DNA of 46,226 nucleotides, taken from the IMG/VR virus record IMGVR_UViG_3300024286_000009, positions 1-46,226 of that record; one strand, 5' to 3'. Origin of the DNA: a virus. Lineage: Duplodnaviria; Caudoviricetes. The notes beneath the pieces were generated by a model. That model had not been told where the DNA came from and did no database searches. It was given only the letters and a program-made list of their open reading frames with translations. Numbering within the stretch: position 1 is the first letter of the stretch; each line of letters opens with the position of its first letter. Positions 17,153 to 26,719 of the stretch are shown here, in pieces. The position numbers were made by a program, and so were the translations under genes.

Positions 17153-17583
17153 CACCGGCGGGCCCCGAAGCGTGGCAGGTAGCGCGAGGCGAAGTACTCG
17201 CGGTGCCCGACCCAGAGCCCGTCGACGTCGAACCCCCACGACCGCCGGCGCCAGCCGGCGAGGACGAGCGTCCACGTCGGCCGGCGCGCGAGCAGCGCGA
17301 CGCGGTGGAGGTCCTCGGCGCGGCGCAGGCACACCGAGCCGGCGCGCCGGCGCCCGGTGCGCCCGTCCGGGCGCTCCTCGAGGTAGCCGCCGCGCAGCAC
17401 CACGGACACGAACGACCACGGGTGGTCGTGCATGTGCCGGTCGCGGTCGGGCTCGCGGATCGCGTGCAGGTAGACCCCGAACCACGGCGTCTGCAGCAGC
17501 CGCCAGCGGGTGAGGTAGGTACGCTCGGGGTGGAGCGAGTCCGGGATGTCCTCGCGGGAGAAGATCGCCCAGTTCCGGCTCAT
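17152..17583 (-). CDS. Cupin-fold phage protein
   Basis: YLTRW, VYLH...D...HDHPW.F.S.VL.GGY.E, HRV, WTLV, WGF. Confidence 0.75.
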   Translation of the reverse strand: MSRNWAIFSREDIPDSLHPERTYLTRWRLLQTPWFGVYLHAIREPDRDRHMHDHPWSFVSVVLRGGYLEERPDGRTGRRRAGSVCLRRAEDLHRVALLARRPTWTLVLAGWRRRSWGFDVDGLWVGHREYFASRYLPRFGARR

Positions 17584-17819
17584 GGCCGCTCCAGCTTACC
17601 GCCGAACGCGCGGTTCCAGAGCTCCGCGGCCCGCGTCCGGTTCCGCGCGTGGACCGCGACGTCGTGCACGGGCAGCGGGGAGTCGTCCGGGTCGAAGTCC
17701 TCCGGGCTGGCGAAGCACGAGAGGCGGACCACCGCGCGGCAGCCCGCGGTACGCGTGTCGTACTCGGACGCGTCGAACTCGGGCGCGCGGCCGCAGACGC
17801 GGCACGGGGCGAGCCTCAC
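17580..17819 (-). CDS. Lar (restriction alleviation)-like Zn-ribbon protein
   Basis: N-terminal LAPCRVCG and C-terminal AAELWNR. Confidence 0.55.
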   Translation of the reverse strand: MRLAPCRVCGRAPEFDASEYDTRTAGCRAVVRLSCFASPEDFDPDDSPLPVHDVAVHARNRTRAAELWNRAFGGKLERP

Positions 17820-18046
17820 TGGTGGTAGCTCCGCATGCAGCCGACCGAGCAGAAGTAGCCGGGGATCGCGTCCGTGCGGCCGCCGTCGTGCCAGACCTCG
17901 TAGCAGAACAGCCGCCTGCGCGCCGAGGTCCCGCCGCACCACGCGCACGTGCGCCCGTGCGGGTGAGAACCACGCGTGGGCAGCAGGACGGTCCTGCGGA
18001 CGAGCTCCGTGCGCGCGAACGGGTCGCGGCTGACCACGCGGCTCAC
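17816..18046 (-). CDS. Small Zn-finger protein
   Basis: CAWCG...FCSVGC. Confidence 0.65.
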   Translation of the reverse strand: MSRVVSRDPFARTELVRRTVLLPTRGSHPHGRTCAWCGGTSARRRLFCYEVWHDGGRTDAIPGYFCSVGCMRSYHQ

Positions 18047-18519
18047 GTCGCGCCTCCCGCGCCGATGAGATCCGCGACGCGGCGCGCTACGTGGCAGTAC
18101 TCGGCGACGCGCTCGCGCTCGCCCGGCAGCGGCTCGCCGTCGAGTCCGCAGGTCATCAGCGGTTGGCGCCAGTTATCGCCGTCGCACTGCGCGCCCTCCG
18201 TGCCGTCGAACACGAGGCAGTCCGCTCCGGTCTCGCAGATCGCCCCGCACTCGTGCGCGAAGCAGAAGCCAGGGAATTGCGCGAAGTCCGGCGTCGGCGT
18301 GTCGTATTTGTCGTCGGATAGGCCGCAGAGCGAGCGGACGTCGCTGGCTCCGCCCCACGGGCACTCGAAGTATAGGAACATGCCGGGGTCGTCGCCTACC
18401 TCGTACCCCTGCGCCGCGAACCACTCCGCGACTGCGGGGTGGCTCGCGACGAAGGCGGGCGGGAGGTAGAAGATCGAGCTGGTGGTCTCATACCAGGTCG
18501 GGGCCGTCCTAGGTAGCAC
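18043..18519 (-). CDS. Hypothetical Cys-rich acidic protein
   Basis: Protein-like C-terminal part of the long ORF; start uncertain. Confidence 0.55.
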   Translation of the reverse strand: MLPRTAPTWYETTSSIFYLPPAFVASHPAVAEWFAAQGYEVGDDPGMFLYFECPWGGASDVRSLCGLSDDKYDTPTPDFAQFPGFCFAHECGAICETGADCLVFDGTEGAQCDGDNWRQPLMTCGLDGEPLPGERERVAEYCHVARRVADLIGAGGAT

Positions 18520-18603
18520 TAGGTAGCAGTTTTCTCTGGGTGGGTGGAAAAAAAGAGGTAGCAGGGGGTAGCATCCTCCCGGGCGCCCGCTACTGTCTCC
18601 CCC
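18511..18603. promoter_or_regulatory. Divergent promoter region with four (A/G)GGTAGCA direct repeats
   Basis: Copies at 18511, 18521, 18556 and 18566 (pairs 10 bp apart). A7 tract. TACTGT lies 7 nt before ATG 18604. Confidence 0.55.
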
Positions 18604-18876
18604 ATGGTCACACCTAGCATCAAGTCCACTCCCTCCAAGAACGCGCAGGTCCGCGCGCTCTTTCCCGCCGCCCGCGCCTGCCGCACGCACGCCGCCGCGC
18701 AGCGCAAGCTCGACCGTGCCTGCGGCCTGCTCGACGGCGTCCTCGCGATGGTCGTCGAGCTCGACGACGGGTTCCTGCCCGTCGCGGTCGTCAACCGCCA
18801 CACGGAGCACCGCGCCGGCGCCATCTCGGTGTCCGGCGTCTGCGTCACGAACGGCATGGCGCTGGGGGCACCGTGA
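18604..18876 (+). CDS. Hypothetical protein
   Basis: First ORF of a rightward coupled operon. Confidence 0.65.
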   Translation: MVTPSIKSTPSKNAQVRALFPAARACRTHAAAQRKLDRACGLLDGVLAMVVELDDGFLPVAVVNRHTEHRAGAISVSGVCVTNGMALGAP

Positions 18877-19085
18877 AGACGCGCAGTAACCTCGAGTGCA
18901 GCGCGCTCTGCGCGCAGCTGAACTCCCTGACGAACCCTGCGAAGCTGCGCACCGACTACGAGCACGAGCAGGCGCGGAGGGAGGCGAAGCGGGTCCGCGC
19001 GGAGCTCCAGCGCCGGTTCGTCTGGGCCCGCGACTACATCGAGACCGACAGCGGCGCCGTCTACGCGGTCGGAGGCGGCTCGTGA
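18873..19085 (+). CDS. Hypothetical protein
   Basis: GTGA overlaps at both ends. Confidence 0.65.
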   Translation: MKTRSNLECSALCAQLNSLTNPAKLRTDYEHEQARREAKRVRAELQRRFVWARDYIETDSGAVYAVGGGS

Positions 19086-19288
19086 GCGCCCCCGACAAGC
19101 CGCGCGCGGGCTGGCAGCCGTCGATGCCGTTCTGCTGCGCCCTGATCCGCACCTCGGTCGCCGCGCCCTACCTATGCCGCCGCCGCGCGCCGATCCGCGT
19201 GCGGCGCTCGACCGACTCGCGCTGGTTCTACTTCTGCCCGATGCACCGCTCGGTCGCCAAGCGCGTGCAGGCGGGAGGTGCGCCGTGA
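19082..19288 (+). CDS. Small putative Zn-binding protein
   Basis: C...C...FCPMH pattern; coupled. Confidence 0.55.
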   Translation: MSAPDKPRAGWQPSMPFCCALIRTSVAAPYLCRRRAPIRVRRSTDSRWFYFCPMHRSVAKRVQAGGAP

Positions 19289-19719
19289 GCCAGCCGCGCC
19301 CACCCGCGCCGCCGACGCACGTCGTCCTGCTCACGACGGACGCGCGGCGCGCGCTCATCCTCGCCGGCAACCACGTCCAGGCGGGCTGGGCTGTGACCCC
19401 GAGCGGTCGACGGCTCGACCTCGTGACGCTCGTCCGGCCACCGCACGCGATCGAGGTCGTCGAGGTCGTCGAGGTCGCCGAGCCGACGTGGTACGGACGC
19501 GGCGTCCGCCTCAGCGACGAGCGCATGCTCACCGGCGAGACCGGCCCGATCTGCGGGCGCGAGCGCGCCGCGTGGCTCCCGTGCCCGGCCTGCGGCGCTC
19601 CGCTCGTCGACGAGTACACGCCGGAGACGCCGAGCACCCTCGCGACGCGCCGGTGCTGGAACGGCCACGTCGCGTCGATCAGTCGGACGGGCGCGGTGGC
19701 CCGGGCGGTGCACCCGTGA
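19285..19719 (+). CDS. Hypothetical protein with C-terminal Zn ribbon
   Basis: CPACG...CWNGH; coupled. Confidence 0.6.
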   Translation: MSQPRPPAPPTHVVLLTTDARRALILAGNHVQAGWAVTPSGRRLDLVTLVRPPHAIEVVEVVEVAEPTWYGRGVRLSDERMLTGETGPICGRERAAWLPCPACGAPLVDEYTPETPSTLATRRCWNGHVASISRTGAVARAVHP

Positions 19720-20342
19720 ACCGCCGCGACTGGTATCAGCGCGTCAACGAGGCGTGGCCGGGCTACGACCCGGTGGCGAAGTGCCACCACTTGCCGGCGC
19801 TCACGTTCCCCGAGGCGGCGCGCGCTGCGCGCCTCCTGTGGCGCTACGCGCTCGGCAGCACGCTCCGGCTCCGCGTCGTCGAGACCAGCGGCAACCGCCG
19901 CACGTGGATCTACGACGGCGAGCTCCGCGTCAACCCCGAGCTCGGCTGGAACGAGCTCACGCACGACCTGTCGCACTTGTTCCAGCGCGTGCGCGACCCG
20001 ACGACAACGCCGCACAGCAAGGAGCACGCCCGCCTGGAGCTCCGGCTCGTGCGGCGCGGCTGGCTCGACGGCCGGCTCAAGGACGCGCCGCGTCCCGCCG
20101 CCGCGGCCCCCGAACAACTCAAACAGCCGGCCGCGAGTGGCGGTGTGACCCTGCCGGGCGGTCTCGTCGACCGCCAGCTCGCGGCCGGCTTCTCTCTCGA
20201 CAAGCGGGTCGCGCACGCGCAGGCGATGCTGCGGCGCGCGGTCACGCGCTGCCGGCGCGCCGAGACGATCCTCAAGAAGTGGCGGCGCCGCGCCGCAGCG
20301 CTCGCGCGCCGCGTCGAGGCGGCGCGAGCGGTGCCGTCGTGA
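19716..20342 (+). CDS. Zincin-like protein (HDxxH variant)
   Basis: W.ELTHDLSH...PH...H; basic helical C-terminus. Confidence 0.55.
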   Translation: MNRRDWYQRVNEAWPGYDPVAKCHHLPALTFPEAARAARLLWRYALGSTLRLRVVETSGNRRTWIYDGELRVNPELGWNELTHDLSHLFQRVRDPTTTPHSKEHARLELRLVRRGWLDGRLKDAPRPAAAAPEQLKQPAASGGVTLPGGLVDRQLAAGFSLDKRVAHAQAMLRRAVTRCRRAETILKKWRRRAAALARRVEAARAVPS

Positions 20343-20815
20343 CGCACCACCTCGAGCGGACGTTTACGCGCGCCGAGTACGACGCGCTGCTGCCGATGAG
20401 CTCCGTCCGGCGCGCCGCCTGGGGGCGCGCCAAGCGGCGCTGGTCGGCGCGGCGCGTCGTCGTCCGGTTCGAGTTCCACTCGCACCTAGAGGCGTTCATC
20501 CGCGACAAGCAGTTCAGCAGCGAGAGCTACGACGCGCTGCCGCTGCGAACGGTCGACCGCGAGTTCAAGGTGCTCGTGGTGGACCGCGCCGGCGTCCCCG
20601 GGCCGCACGAGTGGATGGCGCTCGAGGGCCTGCCGAGCCCGGTCGCCGGCGCGCGCTGGCAGCTCGCGCTCGCGGCGCGCCGGCGCGCCGGCGTGGTGGA
20701 GTTCGCGCGCGCCGTGCTCGACGAGCGCCTCGGCGCGGCGGTCGTCCCCGGCGACGCGCCGGGCCTGCGGTTCGTCCGCGGCGACGGCTCGCTGCTCGAC
20801 GGCGGCGCGCGGTAG
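20339..20815 (+). CDS. Hypothetical protein
   Basis: GTGA-coupled ORF ending before the next promoter. Confidence 0.55.
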   Translation: MTHHLERTFTRAEYDALLPMSSVRRAAWGRAKRRWSARRVVVRFEFHSHLEAFIRDKQFSSESYDALPLRTVDREFKVLVVDRAGVPGPHEWMALEGLPSPVAGARWQLALAARRRAGVVEFARAVLDERLGAAVVPGDAPGLRFVRGDGSLLDGGAR

Positions 20816-20832
20816 ACGTAGCATCCCGGCCC

Positions 20833-22797
20833 ATGTCGGGAGCGTCTCGCGCGGTCCTCGTCCTGCTCGCCCTCTGCTCTGCCGCCGCGGCCCAGGTAGT
20901 CCGCGCCTGCAACTACGGGACGGCGGCGTTCGGCGGGTGGCACCGGACCACCGTCGACTCGCTGCCGCCGCACCTGCGCGGCGTGACCTCCGACAAGTCC
21001 GTCGAGTACGCGGTCGGCCGCCCGGTCGGGCTCATGGGCTACGCGCTCGACGTCCGCGTCAAGCTCGGGCCGGGCCAGTCCGCGAAGTACGACCTGGGCG
21101 CGAGCTCGCCGGTCGACGGGCCGCAGAAGGTCACGCCCGAGGAGGCGGGCGCGCCGGTCGTCGGCGGGTTGAAGCTGCCGCTGCTCTCGGCCGAGGTTGA
21201 CGGGGCCGGGACCGCGTTCCACTGGCGCGGACGGCCGTGGCCGAGCGCGCCGATGTTCTGCGCCGACGCGTGGGCTACGGCCTACCCCGGGCAGGGGTGG
21301 TTCCCGGGCGAGCTCGTCGTCACGGCGAGCGACCCTTCGGTCCCGGACATCACCGCGGCGGTGCCGGCGTCGGGCCTCACGTTCGCGTGGTCGACGGGGA
21401 TCGCGTGCGTCGACGGCTACCAGCTGGCCGTGCCGACAGTGCTCGTCCCCGGCGGCGACTGGTTCTGCGACGGGCAGGCTCGCGCGTGGCGGTTCGTCTC
21501 GGGCGTCGGCGGCACGATCGACGCGGCGCACTCCGCGCTCGGCGAGTCGGCCGCGGCGATCGCGGTCTGCGGCATCCAGCGGCCCGGCCTGCTCGGCGCG
21601 CCCGGCACGGCACCCGCGGGGTTCGACCCGGTGGCGTGGGGCCACGAGCGGCTGCCGCTGGCGCGCGCCGCGCTGCAGGGCTGGGAGATCCTTCGCGACA
21701 GCCGCGGCGGGTCCGTCGGCGTGCCGAAGCGCGCCGGCGACACCGGCGATCACGAGGACTGGCCCGGCCTCAACAAGGGCACCGAGGAGTACCTCTCGCC
21801 CGCGACCGGCCCGTACCTGGTGCGCTACTACGCCGCGCTGCGGCAGCTCTCGCGCCCGTGCCACCACCTCGAGAAGGACGGATCTCCGCTCCGGCTCGCG
21901 CTGCACCCTGGCTGCTCGCTCTGGGTCGCGCGGCCGAACTTCGCGGACGGCGGCGTCACGGATTACCTCGGCAAGACTCGACGACCGACGCTCGAGGAGG
22001 GTCACGGGTGGGAGGGCCCGGACAGCGAGCACTGGCTGATCGGCACCGTCGCGCAGGCGTACCAGTGGACCGCGAGCCCGGCGCTCGGATGGGAGGTCGA
22101 GCACGAGGCGCGGCTGTTTATGTTGACGGAGACCGTCGACCCGCGCTTCGCGACGACGTCGCTGACCGACGCGAGCCGCGCGTGGGGATTCTGGATGTCC
22201 GTCGGCGCGTGGTGCTGGCAGCTCTGCCCCGACCGCGAGCTCGCCGAGCAGGTCCGCCGGCGGATCGTCGACCGCGTCGCGCTGCTCGCTCCGCGCTGGT
22301 CGTGGGTCCCGCAGCCCGCCGCGTGGTTCGACGTGCGGCCCGCCGGCAGCATCCCCGGACCGATCGGCGGGGGGTTCGCGCAGGCGTCGATGCAGTACCA
22401 GCAGAACATGCCCGGCGCCTCGTGGCAGGTCGTCGGCGAGCTCCTCGGCGCTGACGACGGCGCGCAGGCTGTCGAGATCGGGCGCCGCATGGCGCGCGCG
22501 TGCGTCGACTGCGGCTGGTCGCCGTCGGGCTCGCGGCTCGTGCTCTGGGACGGCGTCGGCTTCAACCCGGACGGCGCCCCGCTCCGCCCGGACCAGTTCG
22601 TCGAGGGGCAGGGCGCGCACCGCAGCGGATTCTTCGACGGCAACTGGGGCCTCGCCGGCGCGTGGGGCGTGCTGCGCGCGGACCCGAAGAACGCGCGCGC
22701 GCTCGCGATCATCGCGCAGGCTCGCGCGCTCCCGCCGACGCCGAACCAGCCCGTGCCGCTCAACGACTGGTTCCTCCCGCTCGGGACGAGGCGCTGA
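20833..22797 (+). CDS. Secreted protein with Sec signal peptide; possible glycan lyase/hydrolase-like fold
   Basis: Signal peptide MSGASRAVLVLLALCSAAAA-Q. Beta-rich N-half and Trp-rich helical C-half (GPDSEHW, RAWG). Confidence 0.6.
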   Translation: MSGASRAVLVLLALCSAAAAQVVRACNYGTAAFGGWHRTTVDSLPPHLRGVTSDKSVEYAVGRPVGLMGYALDVRVKLGPGQSAKYDLGASSPVDGPQKVTPEEAGAPVVGGLKLPLLSAEVDGAGTAFHWRGRPWPSAPMFCADAWATAYPGQGWFPGELVVTASDPSVPDITAAVPASGLTFAWSTGIACVDGYQLAVPTVLVPGGDWFCDGQARAWRFVSGVGGTIDAAHSALGESAAAIAVCGIQRPGLLGAPGTAPAGFDPVAWGHERLPLARAALQGWEILRDSRGGSVGVPKRAGDTGDHEDWPGLNKGTEEYLSPATGPYLVRYYAALRQLSRPCHHLEKDGSPLRLALHPGCSLWVARPNFADGGVTDYLGKTRRPTLEEGHGWEGPDSEHWLIGTVAQAYQWTASPALGWEVEHEARLFMLTETVDPRFATTSLTDASRAWGFWMSVGAWCWQLCPDRELAEQVRRRIVDRVALLAPRWSWVPQPAAWFDVRPAGSIPGPIGGGFAQASMQYQQNMPGASWQVVGELLGADDGAQAVEIGRRMARACVDCGWSPSGSRLVLWDGVGFNPDGAPLRPDQFVEGQGAHRSGFFDGNWGLAGAWGVLRADPKNARALAIIAQARALPPTPNQPVPLNDWFLPLGTRR

Positions 22798-22800
22798 CCC

Positions 22801-24807
22801 GTGGCCGCGGTCCCGGGCGTGATGATCATCGGCGACTTCCAGGTCCACGGCGGACCGTCGCCGACCGTGAACTCGGGGTTGTCGGCCTTCGGCGCCGGCG
22901 ACGTCGTCCAGAACTTCCCCGACAAGCCGATGCGCGTGGTGCCCGACAACCTCGTCACGGGCGCGCCGACGGCGGGGATCATCAACTGGTATCCGTGGTT
23001 CGACGGACTCCGCGGCGCGCAGTTGTTCGCGATCTCGAACACCGGCACCGACGCGACGCACGTCCGCGTCACGCCGTCGCCGGGCTGGGCGCTGAACCAG
23101 TTCGCGCCGACGGCGACGCGCACGTGGACGGTCTCGGTCGTCAACTCGACCGGCCTCGGCTTCCTGTTCCGCGTCAACATCGTGAGTAACACCGCCGACA
23201 CGCTGACGCTCGCGTCGTCGTCGCCGGTCGCCACCTCGGCGAACGGGTGCTTCGTCTCCGACGGCCGTTTCAGCGACTACCACGCGCTCGCTGGCGCGCT
23301 CGTCTCGACCGAGCTCGGGAGCGTCGTCAGCATGCGCGGCGGCTCGACGTGGCAGGTCCTAGGCCAGGGTGTCGGTCCCGACGCCGGCCTGATCCGCGAG
23401 CTCCTCGAACACGTCTACGTGAGCGCGCCCTACTTCCAGTTGGCGAAGTGGGGCGACCCGCGCCCGACGACGCAAGCCTACGAGGACGGCACGGGCATCG
23501 CGCGCGCCCCGTTCCAGGACGTGCTCGGGCGCATCAACGCGGCGTGGGCGGCGCTGGGCAACGGCAACACGCTGTTCTGGGACCTGCTCGTGCTCGACAT
23601 GAGTCAGGCCGACGTCGTCGACTGGGCGACGAACCCGCTCCACTTCCTGAGCTACCAGACGGCGCTAACGCAGACGATCGCGTGGTTCCGCAGCGCCGCG
23701 GCGCTCAACAACGCGAGCATGAAGGTCCTGATCGCCAACCACGCGAACGAGATCAACAACGTCACGACGCCGACCGGCACCCTCAATGCGAACCGCATCC
23801 ACCGTGCGGTCGCCGCGGCCGGCACGAACGTCCGCACGTTCTCCCTTGAGGGTCTGCCCTTCCGCCTGCCGGCGCCCTACGTGCCGAGTGCCAACAAGAA
23901 CGCCTACGAGCCCTCGGCCTACTGGACCGACTACCCGCGCATCGTGCGGCAGGGCTTCGAGCTCTTGCTACTCGGCAACCCGCCGAACTTCGACGGCGCG
24001 ATGCCGGTCTACGTGCTGATCGGCGACAGCATCAGCGTTGGCCCCATCAGCGAGCCGTTCCTGACTGCGCTCAACTCGCCGACGATGCCAACCGGCCCGC
24101 GCGATTCGCGGCAGAAGGTCTACAACCGTCTGAACGGCGCGGTCGAGACCTACGACGCGAACGATAACAGCAACACGTCGGGCACGGTGAACGCGAACGC
24201 GGGGCCCGAGTGTTCGATGATCGTAGAGTTGATGAACCGGCACCCGACGACGGGTTGCGTCGTCGTCAAGCGCGGGTCGAACGGGTCGACGCTCGCGGCG
24301 AACGTCTCGGCTTACAGCGGCGGCGGCGCCAGCGGCGGCCGGTGGGACAAGGCATACAACGAGCACTACCCCGAGCTCGTGAACGACATCCGCGCCGCGA
24401 TGAACATCATCAACCAGACGCTCCACAAGCAAGCGGACCTGCGGGGCATCGCGGTGATCCTGGGGTCGAACGACCAGATCATCAACGGCGGCGCCGCGGT
24501 GTTCTCCGCGTCGCTGCCGCAGTTCGTCGCCGACCTGCGCTCCGACTTCTCGACGCGCACCAGCGGGCCGCGACTCCGGATCGCGTGGCGCGTGCCGCAG
24601 CTCGGGACCTCGACGTCGATCGCCGCGGAGTCGGTCGCGATCCGCGCCGCGGTGCGCACCCTCGCCGGCGCCGACCCCGACTTTGTCGCCGTCAATGTCG
24701 ACGACCTGGAGCGCAATGCGAGCGACAACCTGCACGAGACCCCGGATTCCAGCCTTGAGGACGGCCGCCGGCTCGCCCTCGCGCTGGCGCCGGCGTCGGT
24801 GGAGTAG
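22801..24807 (+). CDS. Tandem SGNH / sialate O-acetylesterase-like protein, probably virion-associated
   Basis: C-domain has LIGDS, GPE, VKRGSNGSTL, LGSND and DNLH. N-domain is degenerate (IIGDF, VGPD, SQAD) with an inserted beta module. Confidence 0.75.
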   Translation: MAAVPGVMIIGDFQVHGGPSPTVNSGLSAFGAGDVVQNFPDKPMRVVPDNLVTGAPTAGIINWYPWFDGLRGAQLFAISNTGTDATHVRVTPSPGWALNQFAPTATRTWTVSVVNSTGLGFLFRVNIVSNTADTLTLASSSPVATSANGCFVSDGRFSDYHALAGALVSTELGSVVSMRGGSTWQVLGQGVGPDAGLIRELLEHVYVSAPYFQLAKWGDPRPTTQAYEDGTGIARAPFQDVLGRINAAWAALGNGNTLFWDLLVLDMSQADVVDWATNPLHFLSYQTALTQTIAWFRSAAALNNASMKVLIANHANEINNVTTPTGTLNANRIHRAVAAAGTNVRTFSLEGLPFRLPAPYVPSANKNAYEPSAYWTDYPRIVRQGFELLLLGNPPNFDGAMPVYVLIGDSISVGPISEPFLTALNSPTMPTGPRDSRQKVYNRLNGAVETYDANDNSNTSGTVNANAGPECSMIVELMNRHPTTGCVVVKRGSNGSTLAANVSAYSGGGASGGRWDKAYNEHYPELVNDIRAAMNIINQTLHKQADLRGIAVILGSNDQIINGGAAVFSASLPQFVADLRSDFSTRTSGPRLRIAWRVPQLGTSTSIAAESVAIRAAVRTLAGADPDFVAVNVDDLERNASDNLHETPDSSLEDGRRLALALAPASVE

Positions 24808-24842
24808 CGGGCGCCCGGGGCGCGTGGTAGCGTTCCGCGTCC

Positions 24843-25352
24843 ATGAGCAGGCCGCGCCACTTCGAGCATCCCGACGACCCGAAGCCAAGGACCGACGATG
24901 AGGCGCGCGCTCGCGACGCGATGATCCGGAGCGGCGAGCTGTTCGCGCCGCCGCGGGACGAGCTCGAACGCGCGGTGGCCGAGGACCCTGATTTCGCGGA
25001 CTACTGCAAGAGACGCGGATACGTGACGCCGCAGGACCTACGGAGGCGGGCCGAAACCGCCGCGGAGCGTGAGCGCCTCGAAGCCGAGGTCCAGGCTGAG
25101 AAGGACCGCCAGCTCGCGAAGCTCGACGCCGAGGCGCAGGCGCGGCGCGCCGAGCGCGAGCGGCAGGACGAGAAGCGCGCTGCGGTCGAGAAGGCCCGGC
25201 AGGACCAGATCGAGCAAGCGGCGGCGTTCGAGCGCGAGCGTGCCGGCGCAGCCGCCGCGGCGGCGGCGGCGGCAGAAGCAGCCGGAACGCCCGAAGGCGT
25301 CGAGGGCCTGGTCGGCGGCCCGCCGTCGCCGGCGTCTCCGCCGCCCGCCTGA
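24843..25352 (+). CDS. Hypothetical coiled-coil protein
   Basis: E/R/A-rich helix; TAGCGT lies 9 nt upstream. Confidence 0.7.
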   Translation: MSRPRHFEHPDDPKPRTDDEARARDAMIRSGELFAPPRDELERAVAEDPDFADYCKRRGYVTPQDLRRRAETAAERERLEAEVQAEKDRQLAKLDAEAQARRAERERQDEKRAAVEKARQDQIEQAAAFERERAGAAAAAAAAAEAAGTPEGVEGLVGGPPSPASPPPA

Positions 25353-25378
25353 CCTGATCCCCTCGGAGACGTCTCGCG

Positions 25379-26719
25379 ATGGTCCAGGAACTCCGGGTCA
25401 AGCAGCAGAGCCAGTCGCTCTACGTCCGCGCCCTGTCGTCGGCGTGGCGGAACGGCGTGCAGCTCTACGACCCGAGCCTGTGGCTCCTGCGCGACCCGGA
25501 CGCCGAGGAGAAGATGCTCCGCGACGCCGACATCGCGCACGCGATCGGATACCGGCGCGCGATCGTCGCCGGGCTTGACTGGTCGTGCTCGCCGCTGATC
25601 CCGAACTCGCCGCGCGCCGATCTCGCGGTGTCGGTCGGCACCGACCTGCTCAAGTCGATCCGGCACTTCACGCAGGCGCGCGACAACCTCGCGCGGGCGT
25701 TCTTCTCCGGCGCGCGCTTCGCTCGCATCCACGGCGAGGTCCGCACGCGGGACTTCGGCGACGGGCGCCCGCGGCAGTGGTGGTGCCCAGTGCGGCTCGA
25801 GGACATGGACAAGCGCATGTTCCGGATCGTGCCGAAGAACGACGGCAAGACGATCACCGCGCACTGGGAGCGGTGGGACGTCGCGCGGCAGGAGTTCCGC
25901 GTCGAGACAGTCGACGACGCGGTGCACACGATCCGCCACGTCTACCAGGACGACGAGGGCAGCCTCGGCTACGGCCGCGCGCTGCGCGAGGCGCTCGGCT
26001 GGTGGTGGTACGCAAAGGAGCACGTGTTCTCCGAGTCGCTCAAGGCCGTCGAGCGATTCGCGCAGGGCATCATCGCGGCGAGGGTCGAGGGCGTCCGCGA
26101 CGCCGCGACGAACCTGCCGAACGTCGAGCTCATCCGCGAGTGGCAGAACGTGCTCGAGGACCTCCGCGCGCGGCACGTGCTGGTCTACGACTCGGCGGAC
26201 CAGGTCGAGACGATCCAGATGAACGGCGAGGGCTGGCAACTCCTGAAAACGATCCGCGACGAGATCCGCGCGACGATCTTCACCCTCGTCCTCGGCGCGA
26301 ACCTACCGACGTCGGCCGACAAGGGCGGCAGCTACGCGCTCGCCGACGTGCAACAGGACAGCACCGAGCTCATCATCAAGCGCGACCGCGGCTCGCTCGG
26401 CGAGACCCTGACGGATGACCTGCTTGGCTGCGTCTGGTTCTACAACCACGCGAACCTCGTCGAGCTCGGGATCGACCAGGAGCGCCCGACGTTCGAGACC
26501 TCGCACGAGAAGCAGCAGGATCCCGAGAAGCGCGCGAACACCGCGTCGACGCTGAACGGCATGGGTGTCGACCTCGCGCTCGACGACGTGCTTGACCAGA
26601 CCGGGTTCCGCCTGCCGAAGGTGGGCGAGCCCGTCGTCAAGGGTCGCGCCGCCGCGGCGCCCGGCGCGGGCGGTGGCGACCCGCTGAACGTGTTCCCCTT
26701 CCGGCGGCCGGTCCCGTGA
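25379..26719 (+). CDS. Portal protein (Mu gp29/DUF935-like)
   Basis: M..D..I, G.GRAL, ERF, LG.NL.T....GSYALA.V, L.ETL...L. Located before the gpF-like gene. Confidence 0.85.
   Translation: MVQELRVKQQSQSLYVRALSSAWRNGVQLYDPSLWLLRDPDAEEKMLRDADIAHAIGYRRAIVAGLDWSCSPLIPNSPRADLAVSVGTDLLKSIRHFTQARDNLARAFFSGARFARIHGEVRTRDFGDGRPRQWWCPVRLEDMDKRMFRIVPKNDGKTITAHWERWDVARQEFRVETVDDAVHTIRHVYQDDEGSLGYGRALREALGWWWYAKEHVFSESLKAVERFAQGIIAARVEGVRDAATNLPNVELIREWQNVLEDLRARHVLVYDSADQVETIQMNGEGWQLLKTIRDEIRATIFTLVLGANLPTSADKGGSYALADVQQDSTELIIKRDRGSLGETLTDDLLGCVWFYNHANLVELGIDQERPTFETSHEKQQDPEKRANTASTLNGMGVDLALDDVLDQTGFRLPKVGEPVVKGRAAAAPGAGGGDPLNVFPFRRPVP

Noticed and set aside
20527-23283. 918-aa minus-strand ORF and many other long Arg/Ala/Pro-rich ORFs in the track (e.g. 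42584-45331, 39802-41847, 2505-4466)
   Set aside because: These are shadow frames of real genes caused by GC-rich codon bias, and they show no motifs.
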